Assembly (NCBI GenBank): GCA_041191405.1
Contig: JBEEOW010000017.1
Coordinates: 10,317 to 74,316, forward strand
Direction: 5' to 3'
Length of the DNA: 64,000 bases
Source: Bacteroidota bacterium
GTDB taxonomy: Bacteria > Bacteroidota > Bacteroidia > Cytophagales > UBA9547
In this document: positions 28,570 to 36,910 of the stretch, in pieces
Position numbering within the stretch: position 1 is the stretch's first letter
Layout of the letters: each line of letters begins with the position of its first letter
Made by a program: the position numbers and the translations under genes
Notes under the pieces: generated by a model
Seen by the model: the letters and a program-made list of their open reading frames with translations, nothing else
Database searches by the model: none
Told to the model about the DNA's origin: nothing

Positions 28570-28609
28570 TACACAATAATGTTGCTGTATGGAAATAGTT
28601 TTTAAACGC

Positions 28610-28617
28610 CAAAACTA
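28610..28617 (-). promoter_or_regulatory. Candidate -7 box (TAGTTTTG on the minus strand) for panC
   Basis: TAnnTTTG match ~41 nt upstream of the panC start, in the divergent panC/glgA-like intergenic region. Confidence 0.4.
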
Positions 28618-28660
28618 AAGGTTAAAATGATAATTCCTTGAAAATACGAGATTTTTTTTG

Positions 28661-28668
28661 TAATTTTG
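28661..28668 (+). promoter_or_regulatory. Candidate -7 box (TAATTTTG) for the glgA-like gene
   Basis: TAnnTTTG match 43 nt upstream of the ATG at 28711. Confidence 0.45.
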
Positions 28669-28710
28669 TAAAAGTAATTTAGCAATTCCGCATATTTCTA
28701 ACCCAATTTT

Positions 28711-29523
28711 ATGTCAAAAGTGAAAGTTCTGTATGTGGCCAACGAAATGAATCCTTTTCTTGAAACCTCAGATGTGGCAAATTTCTTAAGAATGTTGCCT
28801 CAATATATGCAAGAGAAAGGATTGGAAGTGAGAATTCTTGTACCTAGGTTTGGGATAATTAATGAGCGTAAAAATAGACTGCATGAAGTTGTAAGACTTT
28901 CGGGAATTAATATTGCAGTAGGGGACGATGAAAAACCATTAGTAATTAAAGTAGCTTCAGTTCCTAACGCAAAACTGCAGGTTTATTTTATTGATAATGA
29001 TGACTATTTCCATAGGAAATCAGTATTTGCAGATGATAAAAATAATCTACATCCAGATAATGATGAAAGAGCAATTTTTTTCTGTAAAGGTGTTTTAGAG
29101 ACTGTAAAAAAACTTGGTTGGTCGCCAGATATTATTCACTGTACAGATTGGATGACAGGTTTAATACCAATGTATTTGAAAACAACTTATGCAAAAGATC
29201 CTGTTTTTAAAGATACTAAGTGTGTATTCTCTGTTTACAATAATCCTTTTAAATATACGTTTGAAGGTAACTTAGCAACCAAAGCAAAAATGTTTGATTT
29301 GGATGCTAGCGTATTTGATACTTTAGAAAATGCAAATTGCGAATCGTTCATTCAAATGGGAATGCAATACGCAGATGCAGTGATTAAAGGAGATGAAGAT
29401 TTAAGTCCTACTTTAAATGAATTATTTGCTGGTGTGGAGTCAAAAATCAAACGTCATATCAATATGGAAGACGAAAATGTATCTGAAACACACTTTGACT
29501 TATACAATGAACTTATTGGCTAA
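28711..29523 (+). CDS. Short glycogen/starch-synthase-like protein (N-terminal GT5 half only; KTGGL motif degenerate)
   Basis: 270 aa. VLYVANEMNPFLETSDVANF aligns with GlgA's ..E..PF.KTGGLADV, but K is replaced by E and GG by SD. The C-terminal Rossmann half is absent. Confidence 0.7.
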   Translation: MSKVKVLYVANEMNPFLETSDVANFLRMLPQYMQEKGLEVRILVPRFGIINERKNRLHEVVRLSGINIAVGDDEKPLVIKVASVPNAKLQVYFIDNDDYFHRKSVFADDKNNLHPDNDERAIFFCKGVLETVKKLGWSPDIIHCTDWMTGLIPMYLKTTYAKDPVFKDTKCVFSVYNNPFKYTFEGNLATKAKMFDLDASVFDTLENANCESFIQMGMQYADAVIKGDEDLSPTLNELFAGVESKIKRHINMEDENVSETHFDLYNELIG

Positions 29524-30844
29524 ACTTACCTTAATTTGTGTAAGTAGTATAATTTTATTTTCGTGTAAATATAATCAAAACGAGCTTGGCCTTGATGAAA
29601 AACCTGATGGCGGGCTCGTAAATGCTATTTTTACAGACACTGTTGGTTTTAATATGTCAACAGTAATGCTTGATACTGCAGGTAATACGGATATTCTTCA
29701 AAACAAAGATTTTATTATTGGTACCTACACTGATCCTGTTGTTGGTAAAATTAACGCAAGTTTTTATACCCAATTTGTGCCAAATACTTTATTGACAAGT
29801 GCTTTTAACGCTAATTGTGTTTTTGACTCGATTCAATTTGTGTATTACTATGGAGGTTCGTTTACAGGAGATATTTCGAGTTCTCCATTTAATATAAATG
29901 TTTTCCGACTCACTGATAGTATATATAGTGCTAGAAAATATTTGTATAACTCTCCGGAAATTGCATCTGAAAATACTCCATTAGGGACATTTAATGGTAT
30001 TTTAAATTTTAAAGTTAGAGGGGCAGATTCTGTAGCATTTAAGTTGGATAATGCTTTTGGGGCAGATTTGTTTTCTAAGTTGACTTCGTTTACTGCTGAA
30101 GCTAAATCAAATTTAGATTTTGTAAAGTACTTTAAAGGTGTCAAAATTACTTCAAATAGCAACAATGCAATTGTTGGAGGTGTATGGGGGAGCAGTGGAA
30201 CCGGTTTAGTAATTTATTACAGAGATGAGAATGGAACACCCAAAAAATTCAGGTACTCTATTAATTCAAACAGATTTACTAAATATAATTTTGATAGAAG
30301 CTCAACTTCGTTTAGTAGTTTGGTGAATTATCGAGATTCAATTTCTTCTAATTCTACCAATAACGTATCTATACTTCAGGGAGGAAGTCCTTTAGCAATT
30401 AAAATTTCATTTAATGATATTAAAAATTTACAAAAAGCAACAGGGTATAATATTGCTGTAAATAAAGCGATATTAGAGTTGAAAAATACTTTTGTTAAAG
30501 ATACCCTAGGTCAGCCTGTGATTTCTAATTTAAAATTAATTGAATGTGATTCTGAAGGGAAAATATTGCTGAATTCATCTGATTCAAAAGCAACTGTTCA
30601 AAAAGAAAAGGTAAATATTTACGGAGGTTCAAATACTCAATCAGCTATTTATAATTCAACATCTAATTCTTACATTTTCTATATCTCTGATTATATTCAA
30701 GCTCAATTGTTTGATAAAAAAACAAGGTATTATTTAATTGTATCTGACGACACTTTTGGTTATGGAAACAAAGTTGTTTTAGGAGACAATAAAAATGTGA
30801 ATTTTGCATCTAAATTAAAACTTTATTACACTGTTATAAAATAA
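29507..30844 (+). CDS. DUF4270-family lipoprotein
   Basis: ATG at 29507 yields the lipoprotein signal MNLLAKLTLICVSSIILFSC. Its position after the short glgA-like gene matches the usual Bacteroidota synteny. The track's 29417 start lies inside the upstream CDS. Confidence 0.65.
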   Translation: MNLLAKLTLICVSSIILFSCKYNQNELGLDEKPDGGLVNAIFTDTVGFNMSTVMLDTAGNTDILQNKDFIIGTYTDPVVGKINASFYTQFVPNTLLTSAFNANCVFDSIQFVYYYGGSFTGDISSSPFNINVFRLTDSIYSARKYLYNSPEIASENTPLGTFNGILNFKVRGADSVAFKLDNAFGADLFSKLTSFTAEAKSNLDFVKYFKGVKITSNSNNAIVGGVWGSSGTGLVIYYRDENGTPKKFRYSINSNRFTKYNFDRSSTSFSSLVNYRDSISSNSTNNVSILQGGSPLAIKISFNDIKNLQKATGYNIAVNKAILELKNTFVKDTLGQPVISNLKLIECDSEGKILLNSSDSKATVQKEKVNIYGGSNTQSAIYNSTSNSYIFYISDYIQAQLFDKKTRYYLIVSDDTFGYGNKVVLGDNKNVNFASKLKLYYTVIK

Positions 30845-31224
30845 TGAGCAAAACTATAATCAATAGTAATTTGGCTCCAGCACCTATTGGGCCATATAGT
30901 CAAGCTGTTTTAGCTGGAAATACTTTATTTATTTCTGGGCAAATAGCTATTAATCAAGCTACAGGAGCGTTGGTTACAAACGACATTGTAGCAGAAACGA
31001 ACCAAGTAATGAAAAACTTAGAAGCTATATTAAATGAAGCTGGTTTTTCATTTAGTGATGTTGTTAAAAGTGGAATTTTTGTAAAAGATTTAAATAATTT
31101 TGGCGCAATCAATGAAACTTATGGCAAATATTTTTCAGCTAATCCTCCTGCTAGAGAAACTGTAGAGGTTAGCAGATTACCCAAAGATGTTAATGTTGAA
31201 ATTTCTATGATTGCTATTAAATAA
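30844..31224 (+). CDS. ridA: RidA/YjgF/L-PSP family protein
   Basis: 126 aa. APAPIGPYSQA...GQI...ARETVEVSRLPKDVNVEI signature. Confidence 0.9.
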   Translation: MSKTIINSNLAPAPIGPYSQAVLAGNTLFISGQIAINQATGALVTNDIVAETNQVMKNLEAILNEAGFSFSDVVKSGIFVKDLNNFGAINETYGKYFSANPPARETVEVSRLPKDVNVEISMIAIK

Positions 31225-31232
31225 ATTAAAAA

Positions 31233-31964
31233 ATGAAGAAACTGTTTGTACTTTCAATTGCGTTTGTAATTTCAAATACAATTTTTGCTCAAAGCGAAAA
31301 ATTAATTACAAAATTAAATGCAGAAATTTGTCCTTGCATTGAAGAAGCTGTAAAGAAAAATCCTAAAGTTGGCGTAATGGAAGTTACTCAAACTTGTATG
31401 GTTGAAGCTTTTAAAAATAATGCTGATGAGGTTGGAGCTGTAACTGATAAATTTCAAAGTGAAACAAAACTACGTAAATTAGGTGAAAAACTTGGAGGGA
31501 ATTTAGCTCAAACTTGTCCTGCTTTTGCTGCACTTGCAGTTGAACAAGCTGGTAGTTTAATGAAAGAAAATGATAAAAATCCTTTTGACGAAACTCTTTA
31601 TACAACTACAGATTGTAATGCATTTAACTCAGGTAAATTTGTTACACTTGTAAGTTATATGAATGGCAAAGTTGTTCCAGAATCTGATAAATCAGCATAT
31701 TCATTAGTAAGTAATAATGAATGGACTGATGTAACAGAAAATGGTAAATATAAGTCAATCTCTACAGTAGCGAAAACAGATGATTGTAATTTAAATTTAA
31801 CTTTAAAATCAAATACTAATCCTAAATTTGATTCATTTCTTAAAGTTGGAGCAAAAATGAGTATAACTATTTTAGGTGTTGATAAAAAGAATCCTAAAAT
31901 ATTTTATGTATTGATGACTTTTAATGGTATGAATATCTACCAAAAAATTGAAAAGAAAGCATAA
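31233..31964 (+). CDS. Hypothetical secreted protein
   Basis: Signal peptide ending IFAQ. I recognise no family. Confidence 0.5.
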   Translation: MKKLFVLSIAFVISNTIFAQSEKLITKLNAEICPCIEEAVKKNPKVGVMEVTQTCMVEAFKNNADEVGAVTDKFQSETKLRKLGEKLGGNLAQTCPAFAALAVEQAGSLMKENDKNPFDETLYTTTDCNAFNSGKFVTLVSYMNGKVVPESDKSAYSLVSNNEWTDVTENGKYKSISTVAKTDDCNLNLTLKSNTNPKFDSFLKVGAKMSITILGVDKKNPKIFYVLMTFNGMNIYQKIEKKA

Positions 31965-31980
31965 TCGAAATAATTACTAA

Positions 31981-32028
31981 AAAATAAAAATCCCTTTTGA
32001 TTGAGTTCAAAAGGGATTTTTATTTTTT
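31981..32028. terminator. Bidirectional terminator (perfect 15-bp stem)
   Basis: AAAAATCCCTTTTGA-TTGAGT-TCAAAAGGGATTTTT flanked by A and T runs. Overlaps the last codons of the convergent gene. Confidence 0.85.
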
Positions 32029-32711
32029 AGTGTTTCATCTTTTTCTTCAAAAATCTTTTTCATTAACCAACCCATCATCACCAACGAAATCAATAATAAA
32101 ACTACAAATGACCAAATATCTTTTGGGGCATCGGTAGGGGAGAGTAATGCTTGTTTTATTTTAATTCCTGCCCATACAGCTAAAGTTGTTCGTGGTATCA
32201 TACCAACAGCTCCAGCAATCATAAATGCTTTTAAATCGCATCGAACATAGCCTAAAAGTGCATTCATAAATGCAAATGGTAAAACTGGCGAAAGGCGGCC
32301 ACCAATTACTAACAAATATTGATTTTTAGATAATCCTTTTACAATTTTTTGACCTTTGCTTGAGTTTAAAATATCTGATAATTGAGCATCTCCCAAAAGG
32401 TATCTATAAAATTGATATCCTATTAATGCAGCAAGTGTGTAGGATGGAATCATAATCACTAAACCTGTCCAACTCCAAAAATACCCAACTATAATTGAAG
32501 CAAATGTGGTAGGTAATAAGCCAAATGACATTAAAAATACACCAATAAGCACCACTGCAACAAAATACCACGAAAAAAATGGAATCATACCTAAAGATTG
32601 CTTGTAGGCCCAAGTGCTTACTAATGAAGCTCCTAGCAGTGGCAAGACCAATGCAAAAAGCATGTACCACAAGCCTTTTGTTTTTTTATTAAATATTTTT
32701 TGCAAAAACAT
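32007..32711 (-). CDS. VTT-domain (TVP38/TMEM64/DedA-like) membrane protein
   Basis: 234 aa polytopic. Central RLSPVLPFAFMNALLG is characteristic of SNARE-associated/VTT domains. Confidence 0.65.
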   Translation of the reverse strand: MFLQKIFNKKTKGLWYMLFALVLPLLGASLVSTWAYKQSLGMIPFFSWYFVAVVLIGVFLMSFGLLPTTFASIIVGYFWSWTGLVIMIPSYTLAALIGYQFYRYLLGDAQLSDILNSSKGQKIVKGLSKNQYLLVIGGRLSPVLPFAFMNALLGYVRCDLKAFMIAGAVGMIPRTTLAVWAGIKIKQALLSPTDAPKDIWSFVVLLLISLVMMGWLMKKIFEEKDETLKNKNPF

Positions 32712-32764
32712 AGTTTAAAGATAGTCTTTTTTTGAAATTTGCAAGATAAGATATTGTTAAAATT

Positions 32765-33904
32765 ATGAAATTCGGAACTAAAGCTATACATGCAGGTGTA
32801 AATCCTGACCCATCTACAGGAGCAATTATGACTCCTATTTTCCAAACTTCAACTTATGTACAAGAAGCTCCAGGTGTACATAAAGGTTATGAGTATGCTC
32901 GTACCCAAAACCCAACTCGTGATGCATTACAAGCAAACTTAGCTGCGCTTGAAAATGGTAAATATGGTTTGTGTTATGCATCTGGTTTAGCAGCTACTGA
33001 CAATGTAATGAAACTTTTACAACCAGGCGATGAGGTAATATGTACAAACGACCTTTACGGTGGTACTTACAGAATTTTTACAAAAGTTTTTGCAAAATAT
33101 GGTATTAAATTTCAGTTTATTTCATTAGAAAACGCTGAAAATCTAAAATCATATATTACTCCAAACACTAAAATGATTTGGATTGAAACACCAACTAATC
33201 CATTGTTGAATATTGTTGATATTGCTGCGGTTAGTGCTATTGCTAAAGAAAACAATATTTTAACAGTTGTTGATAATACATTTGCAACACCGTATTTACA
33301 AACTCCTTTAGATTTAGGTGCTGATATAATTGTACACTCAGTTACTAAATATCTTGGCGGACACTCAGATGTGGTGATGGGAGCTGTAATTACAAGTAAT
33401 GACAAAGTGTATGAGGAATTAAAATTCCTTCAAAATGCGTGTGGAGCAATTCCTGGTCCACAGGATTGTTTCTTGGTATTGAGAGGTATCAAAACCTTGC
33501 ATTTGCGTATGGAACGTCACTGTCAAAACGGTGAGAAAATCGCTAACTATTTAAAAAATCACCCTAAAGTAGATGAGGTTTTCTGGCCAGGATTTACAAC
33601 TCACAAAAACCATGATGTTGCTAAAAAGCAAATGAAAGGTTTTGGTGGAATGATTTCATTTAGTTTAAAAGGCGATAAAATTGAAGATGCACTTGCAACT
33701 TTGAAAAACTTTAAATTATTCTGTTTGGCTGAATCTCTTGGTGGAGTTGAATCACTTTGCGGACATCCATCAAGTATGACACACGCAAGTATTCCAAAAG
33801 AAGAACGTTTGAAAGCTGGATTAAAAGATACCTTGATTCGTTTGAGTGTTGGTGTTGAAGATGCAGAAGATTTAATTGCTGATTTAGAACAAGCAATTGG
33901 GTAA
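32765..33904 (+). CDS. PLP-dependent trans-sulfuration enzyme (cystathionine gamma-synthase/gamma-lyase/beta-lyase family)
   Basis: 379 aa. YARTQNPT, DNTFATPY and the PLP lysine in HSVTKYLGGHSD. Confidence 0.88.
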   Translation: MKFGTKAIHAGVNPDPSTGAIMTPIFQTSTYVQEAPGVHKGYEYARTQNPTRDALQANLAALENGKYGLCYASGLAATDNVMKLLQPGDEVICTNDLYGGTYRIFTKVFAKYGIKFQFISLENAENLKSYITPNTKMIWIETPTNPLLNIVDIAAVSAIAKENNILTVVDNTFATPYLQTPLDLGADIIVHSVTKYLGGHSDVVMGAVITSNDKVYEELKFLQNACGAIPGPQDCFLVLRGIKTLHLRMERHCQNGEKIANYLKNHPKVDEVFWPGFTTHKNHDVAKKQMKGFGGMISFSLKGDKIEDALATLKNFKLFCLAESLGGVESLCGHPSSMTHASIPKEERLKAGLKDTLIRLSVGVEDAEDLIADLEQAIG

Positions 33905-33927
33905 TATTTTAATTAAATTATAATTTT

Positions 33928-33968
33928 AATCCTTGCAAGAGTAATAATACTTTTGCAAGGATTTTTTT
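33928..33968 (+). terminator. Rho-independent terminator
   Basis: AATCCTTGCAA ... TTGCAAGGATT stem followed by TTTTTTATTT. Confidence 0.75.
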
Positions 33969-34019
33969 ATTTAGCATCTTATATTTTTGTATCTTTATAA
34001 AAGTAAAACTTCAAATTAA

Positions 34020-34601
34020 ATGTTAGGATTAAAATTAGCCACTGACCCACGTTGGGTAGATATTGTAGAAAGTAATATTTCTGAGATTTTAACTGACCAT
34101 GCCTATTGCGAACAAAAAGCAACGTCAAATGCTATTTTTTTAATTGTCAACTTTCCTGAATATACTGATTTAGTTACAGATATGATTAAGTTGGCGCAAG
34201 AAGAACTTTCTCATTTTGAAATGGTTCACGAGAAAATTAAAGCGAGAGGTTTGGTACTTGGTCGTGAACGAAAAGATGAATATGTTGGCGAATTATATGC
34301 TTTTATGCGTAAAGGTTATCAACGTAAATTTGTTTTGATAGACCGTTTATTGTTTGCAGCCTTAATTGAAGCACGTTCATGTGAACGATTTAAATTGCTT
34401 AGTGAACAAATTAAAGATAAAGAACTTAGTGAGTTTTATCGTGAATTAATGATAAGTGAAGCAGGGCATTATAAAACCTTTATTTCTTATGCTCGCCAAT
34501 ATGCAGAAGGAGAGGATATTGATAAACGTTGGCAAGAATTTCTTGATTATGAAGCATCAATTTTAAGTAAATACGGAAAAAAAGAAACCATTCACGGTTA
34601 A
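34020..34601 (+). CDS. miaE: tRNA-(ms2io6A37)-hydroxylase MiaE
   Basis: 193 aa. Di-iron ferritin-like motifs DHAYCEQKA, EELSHFEMV, EARSCERF and SEAGHY. Confidence 0.85.
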   Translation: MLGLKLATDPRWVDIVESNISEILTDHAYCEQKATSNAIFLIVNFPEYTDLVTDMIKLAQEELSHFEMVHEKIKARGLVLGRERKDEYVGELYAFMRKGYQRKFVLIDRLLFAALIEARSCERFKLLSEQIKDKELSEFYRELMISEAGHYKTFISYARQYAEGEDIDKRWQEFLDYEASILSKYGKKETIHG

Positions 34602-34605
34602 AAAT

Positions 34606-35025
34606 ATGGCTCATACAAAAAACTGGCATCAAACGCATAAAGACTCCTTATCTTTAGGCAACAAAATTGCCGATGCTGTAGCAAACGGTATGGGCTCCTG
34701 GACATTCATCATCATTCAAACAGTTTTTGTAGTAATTTGGATGGGATTGAACTTCGTTGGTTTTGTGTATAAATGGGATCCATATCCTTTTATATTACTT
34801 AATCTTGTGTTTTCTACCCAAGCAGCCTATGCAGCGCCTATTATAATGATGGCACAAAATAGGCAAAGCGAACGTGATAGAATGCAAGCACAAGCTGATT
34901 TTCAAACAAATTTAGATGCCAAACAGGAAATTGAAGCTTTAACCCAAAAACTCAATGCACTTGAAATAGAAAAAATTGACCAAATGATTATTTTACTTCA
35001 AGAGATTAAAAAACAGAAAAACTAA
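34606..35025 (+). CDS. DUF1003 domain membrane protein
   Basis: 139 aa. Two TM helices followed by MMAQNRQSERDR...NLDAKQEIE, the DUF1003 signature. Confidence 0.8.
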   Translation: MAHTKNWHQTHKDSLSLGNKIADAVANGMGSWTFIIIQTVFVVIWMGLNFVGFVYKWDPYPFILLNLVFSTQAAYAAPIIMMAQNRQSERDRMQAQADFQTNLDAKQEIEALTQKLNALEIEKIDQMIILLQEIKKQKN

Positions 35026-35099
35026 ATGAAACAAAGAAGACTTTTTAGTCAGAGAAATGCGTACACATGTTTTTGTTTTTTGCATTTTTATTGTTTAGA

Positions 35100-35645
35100 T
35101 TAATGTTGCCATAAATAAACTAAATATTCAATCCATTTCCCATTTTCGTATTTTAAAATAGAAAACATACCATAATTGAAATTTATTTCATGATAAAATG
35201 CGCATAATTTGTTTTTACGTAGAAATATTGGCATTGAAAATCTATGAAAATCTTTGCCATATTTTTGTTCAATGAAATTCCATCCTTTATTTGGGTCGTT
35301 TAAAATTTCATTATACTTCTTTGATGACATTTTTTCAGAATTGGGAATATTTATTGAATCTTTTGCAAGATCATTTTGAGTATTTAATGCTTCAATTATA
35401 TAATTAATCTCTGAATTAGTTAATGTAATAGTCCCTTTTGATGTTGAATTTGAATTTAAAATCGCAAAAGTATTACGAGTTTTTAAATCTTCAATTATAA
35501 TTTTTTTATCAGTAAAATTATAATTAACAGAATATGCAAACGTTGTTTTATTGTTTAAATAGTTGGAGTAATATTGTTTCAAAAAACTATTTCTTAATTG
35601 ACTTAAATTTTGAGCATTTGTTGAAATAGAATTAAATAAAAACAA
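35100..35645 (-). CDS. Hypothetical protein, probably secreted; start codon uncertain
   Basis: The frame is open upstream to 35687 and there encodes a full signal peptide (IKTRNWRNILFLLFLFNSISTNAQ). The only canonical start (TTG 35645) truncates that peptide. Confidence 0.45.
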   Translation of the reverse strand: MFLFNSISTNAQNLSQLRNSFLKQYYSNYLNNKTTFAYSVNYNFTDKKIIIEDLKTRNTFAILNSNSTSKGTITLTNSEINYIIEALNTQNDLAKDSINIPNSEKMSSKKYNEILNDPNKGWNFIEQKYGKDFHRFSMPIFLRKNKLCAFYHEINFNYGMFSILKYENGKWIEYLVYLWQH

Positions 35646-35707
35646 TAAAAATAGAATATTTCTCCAATTTCTCGTTTTAATTAAATGTTAATTTACAAAT
35701 GATATTT

Positions 35708-35744
35708 TTAGCCCTTATTAGTTTTATAATCCAACAAGGGCTAA
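35708..35744. repeat. GC-core hairpin downstream of the Ldh-family gene
   Basis: TTAGCCCTT (35708-16) pairs perfectly with AAGGGCTAA (35736-44). Confidence 0.55.
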
Positions 35745-35754
35745 GATTTCTTTA

Positions 35755-36825
35755 TTACAATTTTATCTCAAACTGTTTACCCAAAATTTCTAAATCATCT
35801 ATTACTGGTTTAAGTAATGGAATTCCTTTGGTAATTCTTTCGGCTTCAAATTCACGTTCTGGGTCGCCAGGTATAATTACTTTTTGGTTAATGTCAACTG
35901 GGTTTGCATTTCTAAAGGTACGAATCCAATTGTCCATGTGATTTTTAAAATCATCAGCTGGTCTGAATGCATCTACTCGCATTGCTCCAAAGAAATGCCC
36001 TATTCCATTTCCTACTGGGTTTGCTGGTGGTGCTAAAAAACTAACAAATGGAGGCACCCACGGGCCGTAATTCGCCCCTGAAAGTACTGCAGAAAATATA
36101 TCAACAATTGCCCCTAAACAATACCCTTTATGACTACTATGTTCACGGTCTCCTCCAAGTGGTAACAATGCACCTCCTGATTTTAAAGCATTTGCGTTTT
36201 GGGTATTATTACCTTCTGCATCTTGAATCCAACCAATGGGAGCATCTAAATTTTTTCTTTGTAAAATTTCTAGTTTGCCATTTGCTGCTGTAGTAGTTGC
36301 AAAGTCTGCAACAAATGCTGGTTCTTCATTGGCAGGTATTGCTACTGCAATTGGATTGGTTCCCAACAATCTGTCTTTTGAGAAAGTAGGAGCAACCAAT
36401 GGAGATGCATTGGTCATTGCAATACCTATCATATCTTTATCAAGGGCTTTCATTGCATGATGCCCTGCAATTCCAAAGTGATTTGAATGTTGCACTGAAA
36501 CCCAACCTGTACCTACATTGGTTGATTTATTAATCGCAATTTGCATCGCTACTGGCGCAACAACTAAACCTAAACCTCCATCACCATCAACTGTTGCAGT
36601 AGAAGGTGTTTCGTGGATAATTTTAACGTTAGGTTTTGGGTTTATTCTTCCTGCTTGCCATAAACGAACATAGCCTGAAAGTCTGGCAATACCGTGCGAA
36701 TCTACACCTCTTAAATCAGCCGACAATAAAACAGTACTTGCTGTAACTGCATCTGCTTCACTACAACCTATTTGTGTAAATACAGATAAACAAAAATTAT
36801 ATAGTTGTTTGTATTCGAATGTCAT
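35755..36825 (-). CDS. Ldh_2 family (malate/L-lactate/ureidoglycolate dehydrogenase-like) oxidoreductase
   Basis: 356 aa. GVDSHGIARL and HFGIAGHH motifs. Confidence 0.85.
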   Translation of the reverse strand: MTFEYKQLYNFCLSVFTQIGCSEADAVTASTVLLSADLRGVDSHGIARLSGYVRLWQAGRINPKPNVKIIHETPSTATVDGDGGLGLVVAPVAMQIAINKSTNVGTGWVSVQHSNHFGIAGHHAMKALDKDMIGIAMTNASPLVAPTFSKDRLLGTNPIAVAIPANEEPAFVADFATTTAANGKLEILQRKNLDAPIGWIQDAEGNNTQNANALKSGGALLPLGGDREHSSHKGYCLGAIVDIFSAVLSGANYGPWVPPFVSFLAPPANPVGNGIGHFFGAMRVDAFRPADDFKNHMDNWIRTFRNANPVDINQKVIIPGDPEREFEAERITKGIPLLKPVIDDLEILGKQFEIKL

Positions 36826-36829
36826 TTTT

Positions 36830-36871
36830 TTTTCAGTTTAGGGTTGAGAGTTGAGAGTTTAGGGTTTGAAA
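36830..36871. repeat. GT-rich tandem heptamer tract
   Basis: TTTTCAG TTTAGGG TTGAGAG TTGAGAG TTTAGGG TTTGAAA. On the sense (minus) strand it is a G-free AC-rich leader ending 5 nt before the Ldh-family ATG. Confidence 0.75.
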
Positions 36872-36875
36872 AAAG

Positions 36876-36910
36876 AAAACTCTAAACCCTGAACTCTTGA
36901 CTCTAAACTA
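36876..36910. repeat. AC-rich tandem heptamer tract overlapping the rlmB stop codon
   Basis: AAAACTC TAAACCC TGAACTC TTGACTC TAAACTA. It is an imperfect reverse complement of the 36830-36871 tract (~24 pairs counting wobbles). Confidence 0.75.
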
